Shown here: positions 1-12,849 of the stretch, piece by piece | Layout of the letters: each line of letters begins with the position of its first letter | How positions within the stretch are numbered: the first letter of the stretch is position 1 | Assembly (NCBI RefSeq): GCF_001194135.2 | Contig: NC_068986.1 | Coordinates: 37,302,485-37,366,484 of the forward strand | Direction: 5' to 3' | Length of the DNA stretch: 64,000 nucleotides | Source of the DNA: Octopus bimaculoides | Taxonomy: Eukaryota | Notes under the pieces: generated by a model | The model's input: only the letters and a program-made list of their open reading frames with translations | What the model was told of the DNA's origin: nothing | Database searches by the model: none | Made by a program: the position numbers and the translations under genes

Positions 1-120
1 ATCGTGTTTCGGATCTTATTGGTTGTAACATTAAACTCCTACCGGTGCGTAATCGCACAGGATTCTATGCGGTCTGAGGAGAGTTATAACTTAGTATAAA
101 CACAATATAAAAAAAAAGCA

Positions 121-240
121 TGATGTCACACTATAAATGCCATCCATAAATGCACCTCATAAATGCAGCATGAATGAATATGATTATGTATGCTGCACTT
201 ATAAGGTGTATCTACAGATTGCATTTATAATGTGACATCA
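121..240. repeat. 120-bp imperfect fold-back (MITE-like) element with ~51-bp inverted arms
   Basis: Left arm 121-171 tgatgtcacactataaatgc...aaatgcagcat matches the reverse complement of 190-240 at roughly 80%; ~18-nt spacer; ATAAATGC occurs three times in the left arm. Confidence 0.8.
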
Positions 241-258
241 TTTATTACCAAATACTGA

Positions 259-690
259 AACATTCATTCGTTCATTGTGCCTCATGGCACTTGAGGCGAC
301 AGCAAAGTCATTCCAATTTCTAATACTGAACGCGTCCTAGACAGCTTGTTTCATTGTTAACCCTCTGCTTTTTTATTGTTCTCCGCCACGTTTTCTTTGG
401 TCGGCCAAGTCTTCTTTCACCTTGTAGAACTCTTCTTTCATCTTATAGCGACAAACTCGACCCAGCCATTTCTATTTCCTTGCTTCAATAGTTTCTCGTA
501 TTGGTTTCACATTAGCCTTGGTGTGTGATTGGTTATTCGAGATCATATTCGGCCAGTAGACCTTCATAATTTCTCGTAAACATTTATTTTGAAACACCTC
601 CAATTTCTTTCCAATACTTTTGGTTGTTTTCCAACATTCGGATCCATACTGAAACTTGTAATAGATGAAATATAAGAATACCGAGTCCAA
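259..690 (-). mobile_element. RTE-clade LINE 3' fragment (decayed RT C-terminus)
   Basis: Minus-strand translation QYGSECWKTTKSIGKKLEVFQNKCLREIMKVYWPNMISN...RKWLGRVCR resembles the RTE YGxEtW...LevFqxrCLRrI...W.GHv.R region; gaat-type tail at the 3' end. Confidence 0.8.
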
Positions 691-1019
691 GCCTATGTTT
701 TCTTTTATATATATTCTCTCTATACGTAAAATAAATACCTCTTACTACGTCAATATATACAGCCTTAATCGTATGCACAACTATGTATATAAATATTTTC
801 TTAAAATACCTCAAGAATACACCTTAGACCAAGAAATTCACCAAATGACCCAGTTAAAGTAGGTTTTAGAGCGATAGTAAACTAATATATTTTAAAGTAA
901 CTGAAGTAAAAATAATGTGAGTCATGTATATCAAACTAAACATGTATTATATTCTAAACGGAATATACATTATCCTGGGCAAGATATTAAAAAAAAACTG
1001 CATCTGGTATTGAGAATAT

Positions 1020-1445
1020 AACTGGGGAGTTCATGCGATATGGGGGAATATAGAGTTACTCTTTCATTGTCACTACACACAAACCCACGCCGACCCGGAA
1101 TGGTCGTATCTGTCAAAGGCCAAGTTATGAACCAATTAGCAGAAAATGGCGATATGACTAAGGCATATAGGACTCGGAGAAGGACTGGCCTTCTAGACAT
1201 CTGTCGCACAGGCCTGTGTACAAGAGCTGATGGCACGTGAACTAGCTTCCCTGTCCAAGGATTAAAAAGGGCTTGTGCCTCTGAAGTGAGGGTGATAAAG
1301 TAGGAGACAATCTGAGTAAACTGTAAATGAAGCCGACAGAAAGCAATGGGAAACTACAGCTGCATATTCCTAAGAGAAAAGTCATGTATCTTCAGCTTTT
1401 AGCATTAGAGGTCCACGATCGCCAGTGCCTGTAGGTATGGCGGAT

Positions 1446-1517
<72 letters not shown>
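1020..1517 (+). mobile_element. Interspersed repeat, probably a non-autonomous retroposon with a (GA)n tail
   Basis: GC-richer non-coding block ending directly in (GA)n at 1447-1517; family not firmly assigned. Confidence 0.4.
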
Positions 1518-1519
<2 letters not shown>

Positions 1520-1916
1520 TTAAAGCGAAACACAATTGTTTTTTTCTGAAACTATACTCTTAAACCAAGGTCATTATTACTTTTGAATGCAGTGAATTTT
1601 CTATTCAGTTAAGAACGAGATTTCATAAAAATCTGGCATTTTACATATTTAATGTTAACCTTTAAAATTGCTAATATTTTAATTTATGCAACATTAACTG
1701 TGTTCTTTTATAATCGCACTGTTTCGTAATGTGGTAAATTCATTAAAGTATCTCTCTACAAAATATTTACTGAGCAAATAATCTCTCGTTTCTTTTGCCG
1801 TATATTTATTTCACTTTTACTAACTATTAATGATTCATTAAAAAAAAACACATTAAAACATAAAGAAAAAACAAATACACGTTTACAACACTGGCGGTTT
1901 TTTCTTTTTTTTTTTT

Positions 1917-1956
<40 letters not shown>

Positions 1957-2379
1957 GATATATAAATAGAATTTTTGCTGTAGATCCTTAGTATTAGAAT
2001 TACCTAAGAATTGTAAATACAAATTCTGAGAAGATGAGAAAAGATAAGGCAGCACTTAGGCAGAACTGACATCCCCTATCTAGATTGAATAAACTCGTTC
2101 GTATTATCGGACATAATTATTTAACTTGATTCCAGTTAAGTGAGGAGGTATTAGTACAACCGTTAAAATAATATGAAATCGTGGCGCATTGCGATAATGG
2201 TTGTAACTGAAATAGACACACCGACTAAAATATCATATGGAAGATGAGAACCTACGAAGTTCATGCATTTTACACGTGTATGGACGCAAATATAGCAGTA
2301 TAGTTAAGACGCTCGCTTCGCAATTCCGCGGTTCCATGTTTCTTTACATTTTGTGGAATCCTGCGCAAGAGATTGCATT

Positions 2380-2560
2380 TTTTTTAGCGCACTGGACAAA
2401 ATGCTTTGCGGCATTTTTTCCGGTTCTTTATGTTCTGAGTTCAAATACTGCCAAAGTCAACTTTACCTTTCATCCTTTCGGAGGTCGATAAAACAAAGTA
2501 TTAGTTGAGCACTGGGTTCGATGTAACCAACTAATTCCGCCTCGCCCCTCACCTTCAAAC
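2380..2560 (+). mobile_element. SINE-B copy (tRNA-like head plus Deu/Nin-like core)
   Basis: gttctgagttcaaat (B-box-like) followed by gtcaactttacctttcatcctttcggaggtcgataaa, a core shared with many copies in this window. Confidence 0.8.
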
Positions 2561-2819
2561 CACTGGCGCAATGCTAAAATTTGAAAGAATTATTATAAGT
2601 ACGAGCTGGGCCCCGTGCCGTCAAGAATGTTGGGTAATTGTAGTATTTTATGTATAAATAAGGACAAGAGATAGAATATGGATGGTAATTCAAATTAATA
2701 CACTTCTCAATGTTATCTAGTGGTTGTCTTTTTTGAGATGTGACATTGATCATCGTTTGCTACTGAATGAACGCTGGTTCACATATACAAACAGTCATAT
2801 ACTTCCCTTGTACACGCAC

Positions 2820-2905
2820 ACACATACACACATATACTCACACAGAGTTGAAACACTATTTGATCTTTCTTTTCAGCGTTGAATGTTCACCATCCCACTT
2901 CCATT

Positions 2906-2957
<52 letters not shown>

Positions 2958-3062
2958 TCACATGCCTCTCTTTTATATACACACACATATATTCACACAG
3001 AGTTGAAACGCTGTTTGATTTTTTTTTCACTGTAGAATTTCCATCATCCCACTACCAGTATG
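2820..3062 (+). repeat. Local imperfect tandem duplication around a (CA)n tract
   Basis: cacacagagttgaaac...tttgat...catcccact occurs at ~2840-2900 and again at ~2993-3053. Confidence 0.7.
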
Positions 3063-3194
3063 CCATCACTCCTTCCTTCCTTATTCATCTATCACCCCTT
3101 CCTTCCTTATTCATCTATCACCCATTCCTTTCTCTTTCATATGTTGCGGCGGAGAAAAACCCAAGTGTATTATTATAGTAGATCATTAAAACGG

Positions 3195-3530
3195 CAAGTT
3201 GGCAGAATCGTTAGCACACCGGGCAAAATGCTTAGCGGCATTTCGTCCGTCTTTACATTCTGGGTTCAAATTCTACCGATGTTGACTTTCATCTTTTCGG
3301 CCTTCTACCAATAATAGAAAGGATTATTTAGGCGGTGAGCTGGCAGAATCGTTAGCTCGTCGGATAAAATACTTAACGGTGTTTCTTACGGCTCTTTACG
3401 TTCTGAGTTCAAGTACCACCAAGGTGAACTTTGCCTTTCACCCTTTCGGGAGTCAATAAAAACAAAGTGCCAGTCAAGTGCTGGAGTCCATATAACCGCC
3501 TAAAATTACTGGCCTTATGCCAACATTTGA
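3195..3530 (+). mobile_element. Two tandem SINE-B copies (~3195-3320 and ~3332-3530)
   Basis: Both begin ggcagaatcgttagc and contain gttcaaat/gttcaagt...actttgcctttca. Confidence 0.85.
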
Positions 3531-4239
3531 AACGGTTCTTACCTCTGGAATGTCTTTGATGAGAGGTCTCTATACAGCCTGGGCTGACCTTCGGCTGTAC
3601 AACTTCAACAGCAGTTACACTCATTCATTCATTCATTCATTCATTCACTCATTCATTCATTCGTTCATTCACTCACTCATTCATTCAATGACTTCTTTCT
3701 TTATATATACTCCACAACCAAACTATAAACAATTTCAACGCAGCCTGTCATTGATTGTGTATCATTAGAAACAGCAAAAGAAAGAAAAATGGAGTAATGT
3801 TGAGGCAATGTCGTGTTGATTATGATGATCATAATAAAGTTATTTTGTAATCATCCATCACACGGCAGGAAAGAACCGATTTATTACTTTTTTCCCTGCT
3901 CCACCTTTTTTTTTTTTTTGTAACAAGAGAATTAGGAATTTTACAACGAAAGAAGACGTTTGTAAATGTTTTGAGGTGATGACCTAAAAAACTACCGCAT
4001 ATAGGGAGGAAATAAAAAAAAAAGGTTTCTTTCTTTCTTCTCTCTCTCTCTCACTCTCTCTCTCTCTCTCTCTCTCCCTCTCTGCACACATATATACACT
4101 CATACGTATATACATACATGCATGCACACAGGCACACGCGCGCGCACACAAACTCACACATTCTTTTTATTCTTTTACTAGTTTCTTTCACTTGACAGTG
4201 GCTATATTGGGTCACCGCTTCCAAGGGTTTTAATTAGAA

Positions 4240-4330
4240 GGCAAAGCTGACCCGGCAGAATTGGAACTCAGAACGTAAAGATGTCGCGAAGCATTTTGCC
4301 CGGCGTAATCATGATTATGGCAGCTCATTG
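4240..4330 (-). mobile_element. SINE-B partial copy
   Basis: aaggcaaagctgacccggcagaattggaactcagaacgtaaag is the reverse complement of the SINE-B head/core. Confidence 0.7.
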
Positions 4331-4479
4331 CCTTCACCCACTCTTTAAAAATGCGGAAAAAATTAATCAGGAATACATATCCATACGGTTTTTCTGTTCT
4401 CATCATTGGGCAATTCTAAAATATTTAAAACTGTCTCTTTTTATTTAAGCATAACAATTTTTATGTCCTCTTTCAAACA

Positions 4480-4680
4480 CATCTCACCTGGAGCAAGAAC
4501 AGAAACACACTGGTTTATACCACTGTCACATGTTGCGTTACTGTCAGTCAATTGAATCGTTTATGTCATTCTGGTGAGTATAAATGGTTTCTGTCAACTA
4601 CGCCTTTTCTTACTGCTATTCCTACTCATGCTCCCTATTATATTTTCCTCTGTTCATGTTACCGTCTGCATGCATCTTAT
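4480..4680 (-). mobile_element. Possible decayed RTE-type APE endonuclease fragment
   Basis: Minus-strand pieces GVGIAVRKGVV and QHVTVV resemble the APE GVGfai...and..vtiisaYAP region; frames are broken. Confidence 0.35.
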
Positions 4681-4879
4681 TCGTTCAGCAACTGTGATAT
4701 GACGATATGATGCTAAACAGCTATCGTTTGCAAACTGCAATTACATAATGTGATTATGTATATATATATATATATATANNNNNNNNNNNNNNNNNNNNNN
4801 NNNNNNNNNNNNNNNNNNNNNNNNNNNNNNNNNNNNNNNNNNNNNNNNNTAAACAAATTGTGCAGTTATTCTCTTTAAT

Positions 4880-5279
4880 CTTTTACTCTTTTACTTGTTT
4901 CAGTCATTTGACTGTGGCCATGCTGGAGCACCGCATTTAGTCGAGCAAATCGACCCTAGGACTTATTCTTTGTAAGCCTAGTACTTATTTTATCGGTCTC
5001 TTTTGTCGAACCACTCAGTTACGGGGACGTAACCACACCAGCATCGGTTGTCAAGCGATGTTGCGGGGACAAACACAGGCACACATACATATATATATAC
5101 ATATACATATATACGACGGGCTTCTTTCAGTTTTCCGTCTACCAAATCCACTCACAAGGCTTTGGTCAGTTCGAGACTATAGTAGAAGACACTTGCCCCA
5201 AGGTGCCACGCAGTGGGAATGAACCCAGAACCATGTGGCTGGTAAGCAAGCTACCTACCACACAGCCACTCCTGCGCCT
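4880..5279 (-). mobile_element. SINE-A, full length (~400 bp, tRNA-like head)
   Basis: Reverse complement reads ggcgcaggagtggctgtgtggtag...ggttctgggttcattcccactgcgtggcaccttgggcaagtgtcttctactatag...gccttgtgagtggatttggtagacggaaa...gtaaaagagtaaaag; multiple paralogs in this window. Confidence 0.92.
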
Positions 5280-5662
5280 ACGTGCAATTATGTGCAATTA
5301 TATATTATCTACAAGCAACAATTGCTGCATGATGTTCTGCAATATGTAATTGTATACTATATGCTGCAGAGTTGATAGGTAGCAGAACTGTCTTATATGG
5401 TGTGCAGTAAAATTTCTTTGGTTCTGCAGACCTTCTAAGATTGCTTTCACTAATGCTGGGATCACATTCTTAAAATTCTTTATTCCTCGAGAACGCTCGC
5501 TTCTCTTTCTACGGATCTCTTTCCCCCACCCCTCTCTCCTTCCACCTTCTTCGGCTCTCCCCTTCCCCACTCTCTCTATATTCATAGCCTGGCGAAGCCC
5601 AAGGGAGAAATAAAATATATTATGTTGAACTTACGGCTATGGATTAAATACGTCTGTCTGTT

Positions 5663-5704
<42 letters not shown>

Positions 5705-6923
5705 TATATATTATTATTAATATCAGGAAATCAATGTTAGAAAATTATTCAGAAAAATATATACGTGTGTAAAATAATTATGGTATTAAAAATATAAATA
5801 TACGTGCACCAGCATGACCGCAGCCACTTGGCTGAAACACATAAATAAATAAATAAATAAACATATGTAAATGTGTAGAAATATAAATACATAATAATGA
5901 NNNNNNNNNNNNNNNNNNNNNNNNNNNNNNNNNNNNNNNNNNNNNNNNNNNNNNNNNNNNNNNNNNNNNNNNNNNNNNNNNNNNNNNNNNNNNNNNNNNN
6001 NNNNNNNNNNNNNNNNNNNNNNNNNNNNNNNNNNNNNNNNNNNNNNNNNNNNNNNNNNNNNNNNNNNNNNNNNNNNNNNNNNNNNNNNNNNNNNNNNNNN
6101 NNNNNNNNNNNNNNNNNNNNNNNNNNNNNNNNNNNNNNNNNNNNNNNNNNNNNNNNNNNNNNNNNNNNNNNNNNNNNNNNNNNNNNNNNNNNNNNNNNNN
6201 NNNNNNNNNNNNNNNNNNNNNNNNNNNNNNNNNNNNNNNNNNNNNNNNNNNNNNNNNNNNNNNNNNNNNNNNNNNNNNNNNNNNNNNNNNNNNNNNNNNN
6301 NNNNNNNNNNNNNNNNNNNNNNNNNNNNNNNNNNNNNNNNNNNNNNNNNNNNNNNNNNNNNNNTTCTCTCCCTCTTTCTCTCTCTTCGATAAGGAATTTT
6401 CTATTTTCATATCATATGTGACTTTGATATGTTTTCGGCCTTTTTAAGTCTTTAGACCATCAGAACCCCAACATCACTTGTCCATCACTTCTGACATCCA
6501 CCACCACCACCACCACCACCACCACCACCACCACTACTACTACCATTTCTATCCTCACTTCCACTATCACCATCACCTGGCTCTTGAGTACCTTTAGCAG
6601 AGCCTACTCTGTTACAAACATTAGGGCTAGGTCTCTAGTTTAAAGATACTCCACCACCACCACCACCACCACAATAACTCCAACTGCTCCTTTAAAAGAG
6701 CCATGGGTGCTACCCTTCTTCCTCTGACTTAATAAGTAAAACGTCCTACATTTTGGGGTGTGCTCTCGAGGATTATGTTGACCCTTCCTCTATATTTTGT
6801 TGCTATTTTATAATATTGGATTTAGAACCGGATTTGAAATCCGAGGTTGTGTCACAGAGGATAAGAAGGTGCATAATTTTTCCTGAACTATCATTCCTGT
6901 CCATTTACACACGCCCCTTTTTT

Positions 6924-7153
6924 TAACCCTATTTCTATGGAAATATATTGCTTTTGTTTGAATTAATTTTGAAAATATTGAAGAATTTTGGAAAATTGAC
7001 TCTATCATTTATATTCCAAACGCCAAACTGGTGTTTGGAATATAAATTAACATGAAATTTCGAAAGACGGTTTTAATTTAGATCGCTTTAAAACAGGAAG
7101 CTTGTATTATAAAACCAGAGTTGGACTCGGATGGGTTGGTGCCAAGAATGATT
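6924..7153. mobile_element. TTAA-flanked MITE (piggyBac-like ends)
   Basis: Starts TTAACCCT and ends gggttggtgccaagaatgaTTAA; a second fragment of the same family lies inverted at ~53530-53645. Confidence 0.55.
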
Positions 7154-7262
7154 AAAGGAGGCGCACCAAAATTGTCTTTGATTCCGGATGCTGAAAAGCT
7201 TTGCTGCGACAGGGATTCTAGCATCCACAGCTGTTACTGTTTTGCATCTCTGATAGGTTAGT

Positions 7263-7652
7263 GATTGTTGTTGGCACTCCGTCGCTTACGACGACGAGGG
7301 TTCCAGTTGATCCGATCAACGGAACAGCCTGCTCGTGAAATTAACGTGCAAGTGGCTGAGCACTCCACAGACACGTGTAGCCTTAACGTAGTTCTCGGGG
7401 ATATTCAGCGTGACACGGAGTGTGACAAGGCTGACCCTTTGAATTACAGGCACAACAGAAATAGGAAGTAAAAGTGAGAGAAAGTTGTGGTGAAAGAGTA
7501 CAGCAGGGTCCGCTACCATCTCCTGCCGGGGCCTCGTGGAGCTTTAAGTGTTTTCGCCCAATAAACACTCACAATGCCCGGCCTGGGAATCGAAACCGCG
7601 ATCCTATAACCGCGAGTCTGCTGCCCTACCCACTGGGCCATTACGCCTCCAC
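7263..7652 (-). mobile_element. SINE-C, full length (~390 bp tRNA-derived SINE)
   Basis: Head gtggaggcgtaatggcccagtgg...gtttcgattcccag; 3' tail ...cgacggagtgccaacaacaa; paralogs at 15053, 32306 and 35723. Confidence 0.92.
7586..7640 (-). promoter_or_regulatory. Internal RNA Pol III type-2 promoter of SINE-C
   Basis: A box TGGCCCAGTGG (7640-7630) and B-box-like GGTTTCGATTCC (7597-7586) with tRNA-like spacing. Confidence 0.75.
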
Positions 7653-8371
7653 TATCTCAATAATAAAAATATATAAAATACTAAGATACTAACTGACTTA
7701 CTGTGGAGTACCTTCTTCGCCATAGTACAAATATGTGTCACACCATTCTTCTAAGGCTTTTAAATATTTTTTCACATTCAAACGGCGGTGCATCAGCATG
7801 GCCGCAGCTCTAAGCTGAAACTAAATATTAAAAAAAACAGCCACAGAGTAGAAGAGATTAAATGAAGTCGATTGAATTGGCCCTGTTAGGGTTTTGTCTT
7901 TATACTACCAATCCCGGAACGATAAAGGGGTAAGGTTGAGTTTTCCATTTGAACTGTAGATCGATAAGACTAAATACTCAATGATTTCCATGCGCTCAAC
8001 AATTTCTGGCAATAAAAAAGACATGTTTAACTCTTACGAGTATGAATTATTTATTTGTTTATTTTTATTTGGTACATGACTAATTTTTGTAAGGGAAGAG
8101 GAACAGCGAAGGGCCTCAATTTCCTGCGCATATTTTGTCCATTCCAGAGGAATGAAAGGAAAAATCTGACTCAGCAGAATTTTTAAATGAGAAATGAGGC
8201 AGAGTTCCATCATGTTAGCATGGCTGGAATTGTAATCGTAAAAAAGAAAGAAAAACACAAAAAAAAACAACAAATGAAGAACTGAGTGAAATGAATGAAT
8301 ACCTTAAAAACCTATTTTCCAGCTCATTAATATGTAGGCTATCTCCACCGATCCCTACCTTTATAAACAGT

Positions 8372-8411
<40 letters not shown>

Positions 8412-8412
<1 letters not shown>

Positions 8413-8611
8413 CCTTTCTACTATAGGCACAAGGCCTGAATTTTTGTGGGGAGGGGGACAATCGATCACATCGACCCCAGTACACAACTGGTACTTAATT
8501 TATCGACCCCGAAAGGATGAAAGGCAAAGTCGACCTCGGCGGAATTTGAACTCAGAACGTAGTGACAGACGAAATACCGCTAAGCATTTCGCCCGGCTAA
8601 CTCACCGCCTT
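8412..8611 (-). mobile_element. SINE-B copy flanked on both sides by (AAT)n
   Basis: ggtacttaatttatcgaccccgaaaggatgaaaggcaaagtcgacctcggcggaatttgaactcagaac; (AAT)n at 8373-8411 and 8614-8643. Confidence 0.9.
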
Positions 8612-8612
8612 C

Positions 8613-8735
<123 letters not shown>

Positions 8736-8914
8736 TTATGTTTGACTTTTGTTTTGCATTTGTACAAGTTGGATCCAAGTCTCACCCAGAGACCTCAAGA
8801 GACAACAAGTTAGAAGTTCATGTAGGTGTTATGCCTAGGGTACCATATATTTGGATTTGTACCGTTTTGTTCAAGTGAATGCTTAAGAAACCATAAGAAA
8901 ATTGTGTTTTATTA
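8736..8914 (-). mobile_element. 3' UTR fragment of a probable R4/Dong-like LINE embedded in (ATT)n
   Basis: Non-repetitive block ending (minus strand) ...caaaagtcaaacataaaataataat, bounded by (ATT)n on both sides; assignment is by analogy to 48105-48400. Confidence 0.5.
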
Positions 8915-8994
<80 letters not shown>

Positions 8995-9519
8995 GTACAG
9001 ACACATAGCCACTTATTTGGGAAGGGATGTTTAATTTAATGAACTCGTTAGAATAAAAAGCGAAGATAGCCCCTAAGGGATTTGAATTTACAAAATAACT
9101 CGAGAGAATCAAATACTGAAAGTCATTTATTCGTGAAAATCCACAGCTTGTACTACTTTTCCGCCATTTTCTTTGTGTATGTTAAAATCTTAAAAGTTAA
9201 TTCATAAATAAAATGTTTCTAAAACAGAATAATTTGATTGTGATTGGGAGAGATGGTTGACATCCCCGACATGAAACGGTTTTTGTTTTCCCCAGAGATT
9301 AAAGCACTGCGGCTAATTCAGCTAAAAGAAGGGCCAACGAAATATTATCAAGTGTTATTGGTAATAACGAAGGCTCAATAAATTCAAAAGTTCTAGCATT
9401 TAGTTAAGCAACAGCACTAATTGTGTTTTTTTTTTAAATTTAGACACAAGGCCTTCCAATTGATAATAACGCCTCTAACATTGGTACATGTTGTGTTACT
9501 ATTTCGAGGTTTTGGAGCT

Positions 9520-10022
9520 TACTCATTGAGTGAAGGTGAGGTGTGACGATATCACGAGAGTATCACTTCTGCTGGGTCAATTCTCTAGTGGAGTGGCACA
9601 GACCACCATAGATGAGATCGTTCAATTGATCCTCAGTTAGTCAGTATATCCTTGTTGAACAATGGTTCTTGTATGGCGACTTGCAAGGAGTATCTGGATA
9701 CACCGCAGATATTCATCCATGCAACCATCCATCTTCTACGTCTACTGTTCCTATCAGAAGCATTCGTCCTTACACTTTAGACTGAATTATTAAGCGTGTC
9801 ATACGAAACTATGGATATTACGTAACCATCTCATTCTTGATCTACCCCTAGATCTCCTGCCGATTGGCTCGGCTTGAAGAATTCGTCTTGCGATCCTTTC
9901 CAGCAACATTCTAATCACATGTCCAGAGTACCGGAACTGTGCGCTCCCAATGTGAAGAAATAGCAGCTCGACCTGGAGATTCTTTGATCTCCCTCCAAGC
10001 TACGCAACCTGTCGAGAACGCC
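9520..10022 (-). mobile_element. RTE-clade LINE 3' fragment
   Basis: Minus strand encodes FRYSGHVIRMLLERIARRILQAEPIGRRSRGRSRMRWLRNI, the typical RTE C-terminal LrW.GHv.Rm...G.R.RGRp..rW motif. Confidence 0.85.
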
Positions 10023-11030
10023 ACGGATATAAAAAAAATATATAATTTAAGACTTTAGAATATTCACATTAATACTTGAGTAATTTGGAAAGCATGATAC
10101 CGTAAGTTTGTTATATATAAGTATTAGTAATGAATTTAAAAAAATCAGTTTTGTTTTAACTTTGCATGTAATGTGAAACAGTAAATGTTTAACTTGATCT
10201 GCAGTATAGCATGAATGTTAAAAAACCATTGACCGTTGTTGGCTTATGAGTTGAAAGTTACTTACCAGGGACATTTTACCGTCACTGATGGTGTACAAAC
10301 AGCTAAGGTTCTAGTTTATGAGAATCGTTCTTTATGCCCATCTGGTTTCCTTAGTAAGGGCAGATTTAGCGCTTTGATAAATAACGAAAAACAAACAGTA
10401 GAAAAACGTTGAAAACAATTCCAGAAAATTAATTTCCTATACAACATCGAGGTGGTTAGAATAGAAAGTGACTTCGAAAATATCGACTTCGAGTGATAGG
10501 TCACTCGTAGTTTAATATGTTTATAACCGTAGCGACGGAGGTGACGAATGAGCTACACGTGGGCAATTGACATCCTAGAAATAGTAGCAAGAAAAGAAAA
10601 TGCACATCAGATTATATATATTCATAGAATCTACTAGGAATGTCTTTGCTTAGATATCAACTTAATTACAAGCTGCGCTAGAGCAAAACAGCAAACAATG
10701 ACAAAAACAAGTATAGCAATGACAACATAAACAACTACAACATCAACAACAACTACAAAAAAAAACAGGGTCAAGACAATTATAGTCATCGTATCATTAA
10801 ATTGCATACAAATTTACTCTTAAACGATCGTTTTCATTAAGAAATTCTTTACAAACAAAGCAGAGACCCTTTATGATACGAACGAATGAAAATTGATATG
10901 ATAAGTATTACTTTCCAAAGAGTGCGTGTATATAGAAATGCATTCGGATATTTACAACCATGTCCAAAAGATACACACACATACACACACACGCACACGC
11001 GAGCGCGCGCACACAATCATACACAGGCAT

Positions 11031-11087
<57 letters not shown>

Positions 11088-11900
11088 TGTACATGCACGT
11101 ATAGACTTAGTGATTGCTCCGTTGAATTTACATTAAAATTTTGAACTAAAACTTAACAGCTCATTAGAAAATAAATCACCTTTGCGTAGCCTGTGTGCAA
11201 GTTTGTTTGTTTTTTTTTTGTTTGTGTGTGTGTGAGCATGCTTGTTTGTTTACGTGTGTGTGTATAACTGTGTCTGTGTGTATGTGCGTGTGTATGTGTG
11301 CACGCTTGTTTGTTTGTTTGTTTGTTTGTGCGTGTGTGTGATGCCTGAATCAGAAAGTGTGTATATATTTGTGTGCGTTGGTGTGTGTTTTAGACAGATC
11401 AAATTCAAAATGATTTTCACAGAAAAGTGACGAGGTAAAATGCTGCGTAACGAAGGAAGGTTTTTAGTGATTGGATTTCGTAACGTAAGCCAAAGTTTTA
11501 GTAAATAATAGTGTGAGGTAAAACAAAATTTGATTGCTATTTGATAGTTCTGAAGTTTTTGTGATGGGCGCGGCTCGGCTGTGGACCAGCTGCAGTCCGT
11601 GATTAAGAAATGCTCTGATAATTTGTGTGTGGTATAACACTTACTGATCTTATGACAGTAAAGAGAAATATGACCCGCCATTGGCTTGACAATTTATCTG
11701 CTCTTCGGGTCTTCTCGTGGGTCGAGATCAGCAATGAAAGGTGTCGGAGAAGGTGAAAAATGATAGCCACGGGTGGAGAAAACAAAAAAAAAAAAATAAA
11801 TAAATGAAAAAGATTAAATCTTGATATGTAAGAAAAGATAAGAGTAGAGAGACTGACGATTAATTGTGTCTGTATAAAAACAATGATGTGAGCGAAAGAG

Positions 11901-11984
<84 letters not shown>

Positions 11985-12039
11985 CAGAAAGAGAGGGAAA
12001 AGGGCGGAGACGGAAGTAAAGAAAATATACACTTATACA

Positions 12040-12415
12040 GGCGTAGCTGTCTGGTAAGAAGATTGCTTCTCGACCACATGATTCGAGGTTCAGTCCCACT
12101 GCGTGGCACCTTGAGCAAGTGTCTTGTGTTACAGCCCCGGTCTAACCAATGTATTGTAAGTGGATTTGGTAGACGGAAACTGAAAGAAGCTTGTGTTTAT
12201 TCTTTGTGTCTGTGTTCGTCGACCACTATCGCTTGACAATCGGTGTTGGTATGTTTATGCCTCTTTAACTTAACAGTTCGGTAAAAGAGACAGATAGAAT
12301 AAGTACTAGCCTTACAAATAAATAAATTCTGGCGTCAGTTCATTCAACTAAAAATTCTTCAAAGCGGTCTCCCAGTATGGCCGCAGTGTGAAACAAGTTA
12401 AAGATAAAAGATAAA
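12040..12415 (+). mobile_element. SINE-A, near full length
   Basis: ggttcagtcccactgcgtggcaccttgagcaagtgtctt...gtggatttggtagacggaaactgaaagaag...gtgaaacaagttaaagataaaag. Confidence 0.9.
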
Positions 12416-12499
12416 GTATACATACATACATACATGCATACATACATACATGCATACATACATACATGCATACATACATACATGCATACATACATACAT

Positions 12500-12812
12500 G
12501 TAACACACTGCCTAAATACCAATCTTGAGAAACTAGGTTTCTCAAAACCAGAAATGAGAAAGCTAGCGATCCATGCCATCAATGGAACTGTAAAAATCTG
12601 TAAAATTTTCCAGAAGTTTATCGTTTATGTATAAATTAGCATGTCTAGATATGCAACTATATGCGTTAGAATACAAATAAATCTGCACATATACATATAT
12701 ACAAAAATACCCTGTTGATGTTGAAATTCTAATGCCGGAGCCTTGGATCTGGGTTAGAAACCGGCTCTTTCTCTATCGGCTAGATATCTTGAAATAAAAC
12801 TGATTAATGACA
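12500..12812 (+). mobile_element. R4/Dong-like RLE LINE extreme 3' end plus 3' UTR, between (CATA)n tracts
   Basis: NTNLEKLGFSKPEMRKLAIHAINGTVKICKIFQKF is homologous to the C-terminus at 13300-13410; (CATA)n at 12420-12499 and 12810-12850. Confidence 0.75.
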
Positions 12813-12849
12813 TACATACATACATACATACATACATACATGCATACAT

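Noticed and set aside
7575-7652. tRNA gene
   Set aside because: It has A and B boxes but continues into a ~310-bp SINE body shared by several copies; it is a SINE head.
12729-12770. Hammerhead-like ctaatgcc...gaaaccggctc in a LINE 3' UTR
   Set aside because: The core lacks CUGANGA and U16.1; too many changes are needed.
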